In this document: in pieces, positions 1-8,594 of the stretch | How the letters are laid out: every line of letters begins with the position of its first letter | Position numbering within the stretch: the first letter of the stretch is position 1 | Assembly: GCA_047600485.1 (NCBI GenBank) | Contig: JASGKS010000001.1 | Location: forward strand, 6,848,259 to 6,912,258 | Source of the DNA: Archangium sp. | GTDB lineage: Bacteria; Myxococcota; Myxococcia; Myxococcales; Myxococcaceae | DNA length: 64,000 nucleotides | Direction: 5' to 3' | Notes under the pieces: model-generated | The model's input: the letters and a program-made list of their open reading frames with translations, nothing else | Told to the model about the DNA's origin: nothing | Database searches by the model: none | Position numbers and translations under genes: made by a program

Positions 1-1740
1 GGGCAACAGGGTCTCGCGCCCGAGAAACCACGAGGTGTCCATCTCGCGCAGCGTCAGCCCGTTCTGCGCGAACGCCTGCAACAGCCCCGGCACCTCGGGC
101 GACTGCATGAAGCCGAACCGCGCGACGACGCGCACGAAGCCGTGCTCCAGCGGAGTGACCGTGAGCCGCTCTTCCTGCGCGACGTGCGGCGTATCGGTGG
201 TCTGCACCGTGAGCAGCACCACGCGCTCGTGCACCACCTTGTTGTGTTTGAAGTTGTGCAAGAGCGCCGGCGGCGTGCCGCTCGCGTTGCCCGTCATGAA
301 CACCGACGTGCCCGGCACGCGCAGCACCTTCGTCACCGTGAAGCTCTCGAGAAACGAGTCGAGCGGCAGTGACGTTTCCTGCAGCCGTTCGTTGAGCACC
401 ACGCGGCCCCGGCTCCACGTCGTCATCAACAGGAAGATGCCCACCGCGAGCGCGAGCGGAAACCAGCCGCCGTCGAGAATCTTCACGGTGTTCGCCACGA
501 GGAACGAGGTGTCGATGACGAAGAAGCCGCCGAACACGAAGAGCGCGAGGCCGAGGCTCCACTTCCACATTTCACGCGCCACGAGGAAGGCGAGCAGCGC
601 GGTGATGACCATCGTGCTCGACACCGCGATGCCGTACGCCGCGGCGAGGTTGCTCGAGGTCTTGAAGCCCAGCACCAGCGCCATCACCGCGAGCATCAGC
701 GCCCAGTTCACGCCGGGCACGTAGATCTGCCCAATCTGCGTCGCGCTGGTGTGGACGATTTCGAGTCGCGGGCAGAAGCCCAGCTGCACCGCCTGCCGCG
801 TCAGCGAGAACGCTCCTGAGATGACGGCCTGCGAGGCGATGCACGCCGCCGCGGTCGAGAGCGCCACCAGCGGCAACACGGCCCACGAAGGCGCGAGCAG
901 GAAGAACGGGTTCTCCACCGCCTTCGGGTTCTCGAGCACCAGCGCGCCCTGGCCGAAGTAGTTGAGCAACAGCGCCGGCAACACCAACGCAAACCACGAC
1001 ACACGAATGGGCTTCACGCCGAAGTGACCCATGTCTGCGTAGAGCGCCTCGCCGCCCGTCACCGCGAGGAACACGCCGCCCAGCACCAGCGAGCCGCCGA
1101 CGCCGTGCGCGAGGAAGAACGACACGCCGTGCATCGGGTTGAGCGCCGCGAGCACCGCGGGGTGTTGCATGATGCCCTTCATGCCAAGCGCGGCGAGCGC
1201 GAGGAACCACAGGAAGGTGACGGGACCGAAGAGCGCTCCGACGCCGCCGGTGCCGAAGCGTTGAATCGCGAAGAGCAGCACCAGCACCACGATGCTGAGC
1301 GGAAGAATGAAGGGCGTGAAGCCGGGCTTCACCACCGCGATGCCTTCCAGCGCGCTCAGCACCGAAATCGCAGGCGTGATGATGCCGTCACCGTAGAGCA
1401 GCGCCGCGCCGAAGATGCCGAGGCCGACCACCACCCAGCGCGCGCGCCCGCCCTTGCGCATCACCAGCGCCATCAACGCCAGAATGCCGCCCTCGCCGTG
1501 GTTGTCGGCGCGCAGCACCAGCGCGAGGTACTTCACCGAGACGACCAGCACGAGCGCCCAGGTGATGAGCGAGAGCACTCCCAACACGTTGGTGTCGTTC
1601 ACCTGCAGCGGCTCGTGGCCGCCGAAACATTCGCGAAAGGCGTAGAGCGGGCTGGTGCCGATGTCGCCGTAGACGACGCCGAGCGCCGCGATGCACAGGG
1701 TCACCAGTTCCCGACCCGTCGGCTGCGTCCGTGGACTCAT
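1..1740 (-). CDS. kup: K+ uptake transporter Kup (KUP/HAK/KT family), 3'-partial: C-terminus runs off the window start
   Basis: Minus-strand translation from the ATG at 1740 gives MSPRTQPTGRELVTLCIAALGVVYGDIGTSPLYAFRECFGG... The GVVYGDIGTSPLY block is the Kup signature. The frame stays open to position 1 through multiple TM segments and a Kup-like C-terminal region (..GFMQSPEVPGLL..). It is absent from the ORF track only because no stop lies inside the window. Confidence 0.85.
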   Translation of the reverse strand, partial: MSPRTQPTGRELVTLCIAALGVVYGDIGTSPLYAFRECFGGHEPLQVNDTNVLGVLSLITWALVLVVSVKYLALVLRADNHGEGGILALMALVMRKGGRARWVVVGLGIFGAALLYGDGIITPAISVLSALEGIAVVKPGFTPFILPLSIVVLVLLFAIQRFGTGGVGALFGPVTFLWFLALAALGMKGIMQHPAVLAALNPMHGVSFFLAHGVGGSLVLGGVFLAVTGGEALYADMGHFGVKPIRVSWFALVLPALLLNYFGQGALVLENPKAVENPFFLLAPSWAVLPLVALSTAAACIASQAVISGAFSLTRQAVQLGFCPRLEIVHTSATQIGQIYVPGVNWALMLAVMALVLGFKTSSNLAAAYGIAVSSTMVITALLAFLVAREMWKWSLGLALFVFGGFFVIDTSFLVANTVKILDGGWFPLALAVGIFLLMTTWSRGRVVLNERLQETSLPLDSFLESFTVTKVLRVPGTSVFMTGNASGTPPALLHNFKHNKVVHERVVLLTVQTTDTPHVAQEERLTVTPLEHGFVRVVARFGFMQSPEVPGLLQAFAQNGLTLREMDTSWFLGRETLLP

Positions 1741-1866
1741 GCCCCCGGGGTTACTGAGCAGGGCCTCAAGGAGACGTAGGAAGCCGCGCACCGCGCATCA
1801 AGGAAACATCAAGATGAACGGCGAACCGCGCGGTTACGAGGCGACGGGAGTATCAACACCAGCGTC

Positions 1867-2910
1867 ATGGCCTACCTGCTGACTGCTGGCCTCATCGCCC
1901 TCGCCACCACCGTCGGGCTCTTTGCGCGAGGCCACTTCGCCGAGCCCGATGTGGTGATGCTGTACCTGCTGGTGGTGGTGGTGGCCGCCACGCGCTTCGG
2001 TCGCGGGCCCGCGCTGGTCGCCTCAGCCTTGTCGGTGCTGGCGTACGACTTCTTCTTCGTCACTCCGAACTTCACCTTCGCGGTGGCGGACGAGCGGCAC
2101 CTGGTCACCTTCGCCACGCTGTTCATCGTCGGCCTGAGCATCAGCGCGCTCGCCGACGCCGCGCGAGCGCACGCGTTGAAGGCGCACACCGAGGAGCTCA
2201 AGTCGTCGCTGTTGTCTTCCGTTTCGCACGACCTGCGCACTCCGCTCGCGGCCATCACCGGAGCGGCCACCACGCTGCGCGACCGCGGCAACGACTTGCA
2301 GCCCGGGCAACGCAACGAGCTCATCGGTGCCATCTGCGACGAAGCGGAGCGGCTCGAGCGTCTGGTCGGCAATCTGCTCGACATGTCGCGGCTGCAGTCG
2401 GGCGTGCTCGAAGTGAAGCGCGAGTGGGTGCCGCTCGAAGAAGTCATCGGCGCGGCGCTGGGTCACGTCGAAGCGCAGCTCGGCGAGCGGCCGGTGCACG
2501 TGCAGTTGCCGCCGACGTTGCCGCTGGTGCCGGTCGACTCCGTGCTGCTCGAGCAGGTGTTCACCAACCTGCTCGACAACGCGTCTCGCTACACGCCGCA
2601 GAAGAGCGCGGTCACCATCTCGGCGCGACAGGTGGGCGAAGCAGTCGAGGTGAACGTCGACGACGAAGGGCCGGGGCTCGAGCCCGGGACCGAGACACGC
2701 GTGTTCGAGAAATTCTTCCGCGGAAAGAAGGTCACCAGCGCCGGGGCCGGCCTCGGCCTCGCCATCTGCCGCGGCGTCATCGAAGTGCACGGAGGCACAC
2801 TGACGGCCTCGCGCGCTCCGAGCGGTGGCGCGCGCTTCACGCTGACGTTGCCCCTGGTGGGCCAGCCGCCTCCGCCGGTTCCCAAAGAGCTGCAGGAGGC
2901 GCGGTCATGA
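1867..2910 (+). CDS. kdpD: Sensor histidine kinase of the KdpD C-terminal type (DUF4118-like membrane domain + HisKA + HATPase); lacks the N-terminal KdpD/Usp sensor domains
   Basis: 347 aa. Four TM helices (LLVVVVAATRFG.., LAYDFFFVTPNF..) are followed by an H-box SHDLRTPLAAITGAATTL and a HATPase G-box GAGLGLAICRGVIEVHGG, matching the C-terminal half of E. coli KdpD. Its stop overlaps the kdpE start (ATGA). Confidence 0.8.
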   Translation: MAYLLTAGLIALATTVGLFARGHFAEPDVVMLYLLVVVVAATRFGRGPALVASALSVLAYDFFFVTPNFTFAVADERHLVTFATLFIVGLSISALADAARAHALKAHTEELKSSLLSSVSHDLRTPLAAITGAATTLRDRGNDLQPGQRNELIGAICDEAERLERLVGNLLDMSRLQSGVLEVKREWVPLEEVIGAALGHVEAQLGERPVHVQLPPTLPLVPVDSVLLEQVFTNLLDNASRYTPQKSAVTISARQVGEAVEVNVDDEGPGLEPGTETRVFEKFFRGKKVTSAGAGLGLAICRGVIEVHGGTLTASRAPSGGARFTLTLPLVGQPPPPVPKELQEARS

Positions 2911-3611
2911 GCGTCGACCCCACGGTGTTGCTCATCGAAGACGAGCCGCAGATGCGCCGCTTCTTGCGCGCGTCGCTCGATGGAAACGGCTTCAAGCTCG
3001 TCGAGGCGAGCACCGCTGCCGAAGGGCAATCGCTCGCCGCGAGTCACAACCCGGAACTGATTCTGTTGGACCTCGGCCTGCCCGACGGCGACGGCATCAC
3101 GTTGACGAGGCAGCTGCGCGAGTGGGCGCGCATGCCCATCATCGTCATCAGCGCGCAGGGCCGCGAGGCGAACAAGGTCGAAGCGCTCGATGCCGGAGCC
3201 GACGACTACCTGACCAAGCCCTTCGGCGTGAACGAGCTGCTGGCGCGCATGCGCGTTGCGCTCCGCCACGCGGCGGCGGCAGGTGGAACGACCGAGCCGA
3301 TGTTCGAGCTGGGCAAGGTGAAGATCGATCTCCAGCGCCGCGAAGTGACGCGCGAGGGAAAAGACGTGCACCTCACGCCCATCGAATACCGGCTGCTGGT
3401 GTTGCTCGCGCAGCACGCCGGCAAGGTGCTGACGCACGGCCACATCTTGAAAGAGGTGTGGGGCCCGGGCAGCGCGCAGCAGACGCACTACCTGCGCGTG
3501 TACATGGCGCAGCTGCGACAGAAGCTCGAAGACGACCCTGCGCGACCGAAGCTGCTCATCACCGAGCCCGGCGTCGGCTACCGATTGAAGGACGGCGTGT
3601 CGCCCACTTGA
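2907..3611 (+). CDS. kdpE: OmpR-family response regulator KdpE
   Basis: 234 aa, starting MSVDPTVLLIEDEPQMRRFLRASLDG...LILLDLGLPDGDGI...DAGADDYLTKPFGVNELLARMRVALRH...HLTPIEYRLL...GYRL. This is near-collinear with E. coli KdpE (REC + winged-helix). Confidence 0.9.
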   Translation: MSVDPTVLLIEDEPQMRRFLRASLDGNGFKLVEASTAAEGQSLAASHNPELILLDLGLPDGDGITLTRQLREWARMPIIVISAQGREANKVEALDAGADDYLTKPFGVNELLARMRVALRHAAAAGGTTEPMFELGKVKIDLQRREVTREGKDVHLTPIEYRLLVLLAQHAGKVLTHGHILKEVWGPGSAQQTHYLRVYMAQLRQKLEDDPARPKLLITEPGVGYRLKDGVSPT

Positions 3612-3690
3612 GCGAGCTCTTGATGCCGCCTTGATGTGCGGCCGTCGCGTCTTGACGCTGTCCTGATCAGCCCGTCGCTACACCACGCGC

Positions 3691-4947
3691 ATGTGGTCAG
3701 CCGTCGCGTTGGTCCTGGCAGGAACGCCGCCCGACTTCTCGTGGGCGCCGGCAAACGGTGGAGCTCCCGACCGTCCGCTCACGTGGGGCCCGTTCTCGGG
3801 CGAAGTGCGCGTCGACACCGTCTACCACTACAGCTTCGCCAACCCGGTCGACGACACCATCAGCGGCTCGAGCGAAGTGTTCCGCCACGGCGAGGTGCAG
3901 GTCACCCAGCTCGGGTTCGGCGGCGATTTTCTGTACAAGAATGTGCAGGCCCGGCTGATGACGCAGTTCGGGATGTATTCGCAGACCACTCCGCGAAACG
4001 ACGCGAGCCCGTCGCGCGGTCAGTGGAACCTCGCCGACGCGTACCGCTACATCTCCGAGGCGTACGCCGGGTACCACTTCGACGTGCTCGCGGGCATCAA
4101 CGTGCAGGCCGGCATCTTCATGTCGTACATCGGCCTGTGGAGTTATTACAATTTCGACAATTGGACGTACCAACCGTCCTACGTGAGCTCGAATACGCCG
4201 TGGTTCTTCAACGGTGTTCGCGCGCAAATCTGGATCACTGACTCGCTGAAGATTGAGCCGTGGCTGGTGAACGGCTGGCAGTCGTACGGCCGCTTCAACA
4301 ACGGCCTCGGCGGCGGCGGGCAGATTCTCTGGCGGCCGACGGGCGCGCTCAGCCTCGTCAGCAACAACTACTTCGGCACCGACACGCTCGGGAACGCGAT
4401 GCGCTACCGCGTGCACACCGACGACAGCGTCTCGGTGAAGTACTTCGAGTCTCCGGGCGGCGTGCTGAGCAAGGCGGCGGTGTCGCTCACGCTCGACGCT
4501 GGCTGCGAGTTCGGCGGCGGAGTGACCTGCGGCACTCAGTATTTCCTCGGCTTCATGGCGTACCACCGCGCGTGGTTCTGGTCTGACCACCTGGCGCTCA
4601 CCGTCGGCGGCGGAGCCATCACCAACCCGGGCCGCTACCTGGTGTTGCTCCCGCCCATCAACGGCGCGAGCGCTTCATCGGGCACTCCGTATTTCACGGC
4701 GAACCCGGGCGACGGCTTCGACGCGTGGGACCTGCAGGTGACGTTCGACGTGATGCCCATCGGGTACCTCACCGCTCGCACCGAGTTCAATCACCGGGCG
4801 GCGAGCGTTCCGTATTTCACGGGGCGCGGCGGCGTGACGCCTCCGGGTGGCAATCAAGGCGGTGCGGGCTCACTGGTCGAAGGCTGGACTCCGGATCTCT
4901 CGCGCACCGAAGACCGGCTCACCTTCTCGCTCATGGTGAAATTGTGA
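3691..4947 (+). CDS. Putative outer-membrane beta-barrel porin
   Basis: 418 aa with an N-terminal hydrophobic leader (MWSAVALVLAG), many alternating aromatic/hydrophilic beta-strand-like segments, and Gly/Asn/Tyr/Trp-rich turns. No enzymatic motif is visible. It lies immediately downstream of kdpDE. Confidence 0.45.
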   Translation: MWSAVALVLAGTPPDFSWAPANGGAPDRPLTWGPFSGEVRVDTVYHYSFANPVDDTISGSSEVFRHGEVQVTQLGFGGDFLYKNVQARLMTQFGMYSQTTPRNDASPSRGQWNLADAYRYISEAYAGYHFDVLAGINVQAGIFMSYIGLWSYYNFDNWTYQPSYVSSNTPWFFNGVRAQIWITDSLKIEPWLVNGWQSYGRFNNGLGGGGQILWRPTGALSLVSNNYFGTDTLGNAMRYRVHTDDSVSVKYFESPGGVLSKAAVSLTLDAGCEFGGGVTCGTQYFLGFMAYHRAWFWSDHLALTVGGGAITNPGRYLVLLPPINGASASSGTPYFTANPGDGFDAWDLQVTFDVMPIGYLTARTEFNHRAASVPYFTGRGGVTPPGGNQGGAGSLVEGWTPDLSRTEDRLTFSLMVKL

Positions 4948-4967
4948 AGACCGACGCTCCTGGAATC

Positions 4968-5138
4968 GTGTTGCCGTTGCTGGTGCTGCTGGTGTGCGTG
5001 CCAGTCGTCTTCTTGCGCGTGAATGATCAACAGACCGCGCTCGCCACGGCGTTCTCGACCCTGGCCGTGCTCGCGCTGGCGCTCGGACGGGGAACGAACG
5101 AGCGCATCCGCCGCGTGCGTCGCCAGTGGTGGTGGTGA
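4968..5138 (+). CDS. Possible small two-helix membrane protein (56 aa, GTG start)
   Basis: It is the C-terminal in-frame part of track ORF 4725..5138. The sequence MLPLLVLLVCVPVVFLRVNDQQTALATAFSTLAVLALALGRGTNERIRRVRRQWWW starts 21 nt after the porin stop. It has two hydrophobic stretches and no homolog I recognise. Confidence 0.2.
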   Translation: MLPLLVLLVCVPVVFLRVNDQQTALATAFSTLAVLALALGRGTNERIRRVRRQWWW

Positions 5139-5150
5139 ATACTGCGGCGC

Positions 5151-5612
5151 ATGCGCGCACTCCTCTTCGTCGTGGTGTGTCTGTCGTCGGCTCTCGCGTT
5201 CGCGGGTGACCTCACGGTGCAGGACCTCGCGAAGCTGAAGGCTGATCAAAACAAAGCGCGTGACGCGGTCGCCAAGAAGTACGGCGACAAGCCGAGCGGT
5301 GAGCAGCGCCGCGCGATGGTGAAGGAACAGAACGAGGCCGCGCAGGCGGTGCTCGACAAAGCCGGAGTCGACGAGAAGGACTACGTGCGCGCCACCGCGC
5401 GGGCGAACGGCAACGACGTCGACCAGGTGATGAAGGCGATGGAGAAGGCCGAAGAGGCGAAGAAGAAGGCCGCGGCCAAGACGGGCGGCGCAGGCACCTC
5501 GGGTGACACGAGCGGTGGAGGAACCGCCGGTGACCAGGCTGCCGACGACGCCGCTGCTGCCGCCGAGATGGACAAGCAGATGAATCTCAAGAGCGGCGGC
5601 AAGAAGAAATAA
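5151..5612 (+). CDS. Hypothetical secreted protein, Lys/Ala/Glu-rich with a Gly-rich C-terminus
   Basis: 153 aa. It has a signal peptide MRALLFVVVCLSSALAFAG and charged coiled-coil-like low complexity, then GGAGTSGDTSGGGTAGD. Confidence 0.5.
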   Translation: MRALLFVVVCLSSALAFAGDLTVQDLAKLKADQNKARDAVAKKYGDKPSGEQRRAMVKEQNEAAQAVLDKAGVDEKDYVRATARANGNDVDQVMKAMEKAEEAKKKAAAKTGGAGTSGDTSGGGTAGDQAADDAAAAAEMDKQMNLKSGGKKK

Positions 5613-5613
5613 A

Positions 5614-5656
5614 TCTCCCTCTCCTTGCGAAGCGGGGAGAGGGCCGGGGTGAGGGG
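5614..5656 (+). repeat. Dispersed palindromic repeat, copy 1 (subtype with TTGCGAAGC loop), immediately after the TAA stop of the upstream + gene
   Basis: Sequence TCTCCCTCTCCTTGCGAAGCGGGGAGAGGGCCGGGGTGAGGGG. It contains the hairpin CCCTCTCC / GGAGAGGG followed by a G-tract tail, and is nearly identical to the copy at 61193. Confidence 0.7.
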
Positions 5657-5690
5657 CTGGTGCAACCTCAACCGTCGAGGGGGAACTCAC

Positions 5691-7658
5691 ATGAAGGCCG
5701 TGCTCAAGGTGTTGCTCGGGCTCACGCTCGGGCTCGTCATCGCCGAGTTCGCGTTCCGCATGCGCGACGACGGAGCGTTTCCGCATCTCAACTTCTACGT
5801 GGCCGACGAAGCGCTCGGCGCGCGGCTGCAGCCCAACGCGTCGATGAAGCTCCGCGTCGGCGAGAACAACCCGCTCACCACGGTGACGACCAATTCTCGC
5901 GGCTACCGCGGCGCGGAATGGGCGGCGCCTTCGCCGAACGACGTGCTGGTGGTCGGAGACAGCCAGACCTTCGGCCTCGGCGTGAACGACGACGAGACGT
6001 TCAGCGCGAAGCTCGCGAAGGAACTGAACGCGCCGGTCTTGAACCTCGGCGTGCCGACGTGGGGCCCGCTCGAATACTCGGCCGCGCTCGAAGAGCAGTT
6101 GAAAGACCGCAAGCCGCGCGCGTGCGTCTACGTGCTCAACCTCGCCAACGACCTGTTCGAGGCCGACCGCCCGAACTCGAAGCGCCACAAAATCTGGGAC
6201 GGCTGGGCGGTGCGCGCAGAGACCGCGCCGGCGTCGGTGACGAACTTCCCGGGCCGCTCGTGGTTCATGTCGCAGAGCCACCTGGTGTTCGGCGTTCGCA
6301 AGCTGATGCACAAGAAAGACGTGTTGGACGAGGGGTTCCGCTCGGAAGGTTCGTTCACCGACGTGGTCGCGGCGTCCGAGACGATGCGCGCCGAAGCGGC
6401 CGATGAGCCGACGAAGAAGTTCCTCGCCGCGCGCAAGGAACTCGACGACCAGCTCCGCGCCGTGAGCTCGAAGCTCGAGGAGCACTTCGAGCAGAAAATC
6501 TACGACGACGACGAGTGGGCGACGAAGTTGAGCGAGCGCGCTGGAGAGAACCCCAACGACATCTTCGACGAAGACGGTGAAGCGGGCCGCAGCGTGAACA
6601 GCACCGCGCTGCATCTGGTCACCGCGGCGATGTCCGACTCCAACAACGACGCGTGGCTCAAGAAGCTCGCTGATGAGAAGGGCGACCCGGAATTGAAGCG
6701 CATCATCGACGAGCGCAAAGAACTGCGCGCCAAGATGCTCGCGCTGCGCATCGAGTCGCAGGCCCTCAACGAGGTGCCGCTCGATCGCGTGCTCGCGCGA
6801 ACCAAGAAGGCGTGTGAAGCGGCGGGCGCGCGGCTGCTGGTGGTGACCTTGCCGCTCGACGTGATGGTCTCGCCCGACGAGTGGAAGAAGTACGGCACCA
6901 AGCCCATCGACCTCACGCCGACGGTCGCGCTGCGCCAGAGCCTCACGCGACGCATCGAAGCGCTGGGCGCCGAAGCCGTCGACCCGACGTTCGCGCTCGC
7001 GGCGGTCGAGCCCGGAGCGTTCCTCGACAAGGACCTGCACATGACTCCGAAGGGTCACGAGCAGGTCGCGGGAGTCATCGCCAACATCCTGCGCTCGCCG
7101 CCAAAGGCGCCGGTGCTGCAGCTGCCTGCCGGGCGTTCGTGGCTGCCAACGCAGGCGGAGTGCGAGGCCGCTCCGGAGTGCACGGTGAAGGGCAGCTCGA
7201 AGGCGAAGTGTTCGACCAAGTTGATTCGCGAGTGGCTGTTCGTCGACTGCGAGCTGTCACCCGATGGGCCGCACCTCAAGCTGGTGAACGTCACGAGCGG
7301 CGGTCACGGCGACGCGTACAGCGCGAGCAACGGGCGTTTCTACGTGCCGATTCTCGAGGGCGACTCGGTGCGCGCGACGTTCTCGTGGTTCATGGAAGAG
7401 CGAGAGCTGCAGCTCGATTTCCCCAAGGGCGGGAAGCTGGCGATGTCGTTCACCGACGCGAAGAAAGCGTCGCCTCCCGCAAGCTCGAACGTCGCTACGC
7501 CCGCCGCGTTCCCCGAGACCGACGTGTCGTGCCCCGCGGGCGAGCTGGTCTCGGGCGCGACGCGGCGGTGCGCGAAGCCGTGCTCGGCTGATCATCGCTG
7601 CGCCGAAGGGCAGCATTGCGAGCCGTGGCCGACCGGAGAGTTCTGCGCAACGCCTTGA
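5691..7658 (+). CDS. SGNH/GDSL-hydrolase-family protein with an N-terminal TM anchor, a coiled-coil insert and a Cys-rich C-terminal domain
   Basis: The start MKAVLKVLLGLTLGLVIAEF is preferred over the upstream TTG of the track ORF. A GDS block VLVVGDSQTFGLGV and a block V DLHMTPKGHEQVA are present. The C-terminus has about 14 Cys. A paralog lies at 15843..17873 on the opposite strand. Confidence 0.6.
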   Translation: MKAVLKVLLGLTLGLVIAEFAFRMRDDGAFPHLNFYVADEALGARLQPNASMKLRVGENNPLTTVTTNSRGYRGAEWAAPSPNDVLVVGDSQTFGLGVNDDETFSAKLAKELNAPVLNLGVPTWGPLEYSAALEEQLKDRKPRACVYVLNLANDLFEADRPNSKRHKIWDGWAVRAETAPASVTNFPGRSWFMSQSHLVFGVRKLMHKKDVLDEGFRSEGSFTDVVAASETMRAEAADEPTKKFLAARKELDDQLRAVSSKLEEHFEQKIYDDDEWATKLSERAGENPNDIFDEDGEAGRSVNSTALHLVTAAMSDSNNDAWLKKLADEKGDPELKRIIDERKELRAKMLALRIESQALNEVPLDRVLARTKKACEAAGARLLVVTLPLDVMVSPDEWKKYGTKPIDLTPTVALRQSLTRRIEALGAEAVDPTFALAAVEPGAFLDKDLHMTPKGHEQVAGVIANILRSPPKAPVLQLPAGRSWLPTQAECEAAPECTVKGSSKAKCSTKLIREWLFVDCELSPDGPHLKLVNVTSGGHGDAYSASNGRFYVPILEGDSVRATFSWFMEERELQLDFPKGGKLAMSFTDAKKASPPASSNVATPAAFPETDVSCPAGELVSGATRRCAKPCSADHRCAEGQHCEPWPTGEFCATP

Positions 7659-7703
7659 TCCGCCTCGGGCGAAACGGGAATTACCGGGCCGAATATGTAG
7701 GGC

Positions 7704-8594
7704 ATGGCTCCAGTTACGAACCGACCTGCTCCGCGAATCCCACCTCCCCCGCCTCGCCCTGCGCCGGCGCCAATCCGCCCTCAGGCCCCCGCTCGTAGTG
7801 CTCCGCCGCAGACGCTGACTCAGCGGGGCGTCAGCTTCTTCGAGCGCAACCGCACCAACCTGCAGCAGACCGGAGCGGCCGTCATGCGCGCGCGGACGCA
7901 GCTCACCGACGCCGCCAACGCTGCGCGTCGCCTGCAAGGAAATCCGGTCGTCAACGCGCGCAACACGACGTCGACGTTCGGTCGCGCGATGCGCCCGCTG
8001 CGCATCGGTGGCTCGGTGTTCGGTATGGCGAACAACGTGCGTCGTCTGCCGGGTCAGATGGCGACGGCGTTCACCGACATTCGCCGCGCGTTTCGCACCG
8101 GCTCGGCCGCCGACCGCATTCAGGCCGAGCGTTCGTCGCGCACCGCGCTGAGCACGTATTCCACCATCGGCGACACGGCCGCCGCGTTCCGTCGCAACGC
8201 GCGGGCCGCGACGTACGGCGTGACGCGCACCATTCAGCAGCGTGCTCCGCAGCTCGCCGCGCGTGTCGGTGAGACCGCGACGCGGCTGGCTGAATCGAGC
8301 GCGGCGCGCATCGCGACCCGCGTCATCTCCAACCCCGCGGTGCGCGCGACGGCTTCGGTCGCTGGCCGCTCGCTCGCGCGCTTCGTACCTGCCGCCAACG
8401 TGGCCATCGCCGCGCTCGACATTCGCGAAGCGCGCCGCGCGCTGGCCGACCCGAACGCCAGCACCGGCCGTCGCGTGACGTCGGTCATCACCGCGATTGG
8501 CTCGACTGTCGCGGCCTCCAACATCCCCGTCGTGTCGCAAATCGGCGCGGCGGTCTCGACCATCTCGTCGGCGATCGGCTGGTTGTTCTCATGA
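7704..8594 (+). CDS. Hypothetical protein: Pro-rich N-terminus, Ala/Arg/Thr/Ser-rich body, hydrophobic C-terminal segment
   Basis: 296 aa. It starts MAPVTNRPAPRIPPPPPRPAPAPIRPQAP... and ends AIGSTVAASNIPVVSQIGAAVSTISSAIGWLFS. GC3 is lower over the first ~40 codons. Its stop overlaps the start of the downstream gene (ATGA). Confidence 0.45.
   Translation: MAPVTNRPAPRIPPPPPRPAPAPIRPQAPARSAPPQTLTQRGVSFFERNRTNLQQTGAAVMRARTQLTDAANAARRLQGNPVVNARNTTSTFGRAMRPLRIGGSVFGMANNVRRLPGQMATAFTDIRRAFRTGSAADRIQAERSSRTALSTYSTIGDTAAAFRRNARAATYGVTRTIQQRAPQLAARVGETATRLAESSAARIATRVISNPAVRATASVAGRSLARFVPAANVAIAALDIREARRALADPNASTGRRVTSVITAIGSTVAASNIPVVSQIGAAVSTISSAIGWLFS

Noticed and set aside
572-1779. Several 200-250-aa track ORFs (35..724 plus, 572..1210 minus, 1024..1779 plus) in the first 1.8 kb
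   Set aside because: All are alternative frames across the kup coding region. The genuine reading is the minus-strand frame giving the Kup GVVYGDIGTSPLY motif, which lacks an in-window stop.
3612-3690. Spaced CTTGATG / CTTGATG / CTTGACG / CTGATCA motifs downstream of kdpE
   Set aside because: They could be KdpE or another regulator's half-sites, or a -35 element for the porin gene. They are too short and degenerate to call a feature, so they are only mentioned in the K+ locus finding.
4854-7058. 734-aa minus-strand ORF overlapping the SGNH hydrolase and the small secreted-protein gene
   Set aside because: It has an Arg/His/Gly-rich composition typical of wrong-frame ORFs in high-GC DNA. It is antisense to two plus-strand genes with clear signal peptide and GDSL motifs, and it contains a translated repeat copy (..SQGEGDLF..).
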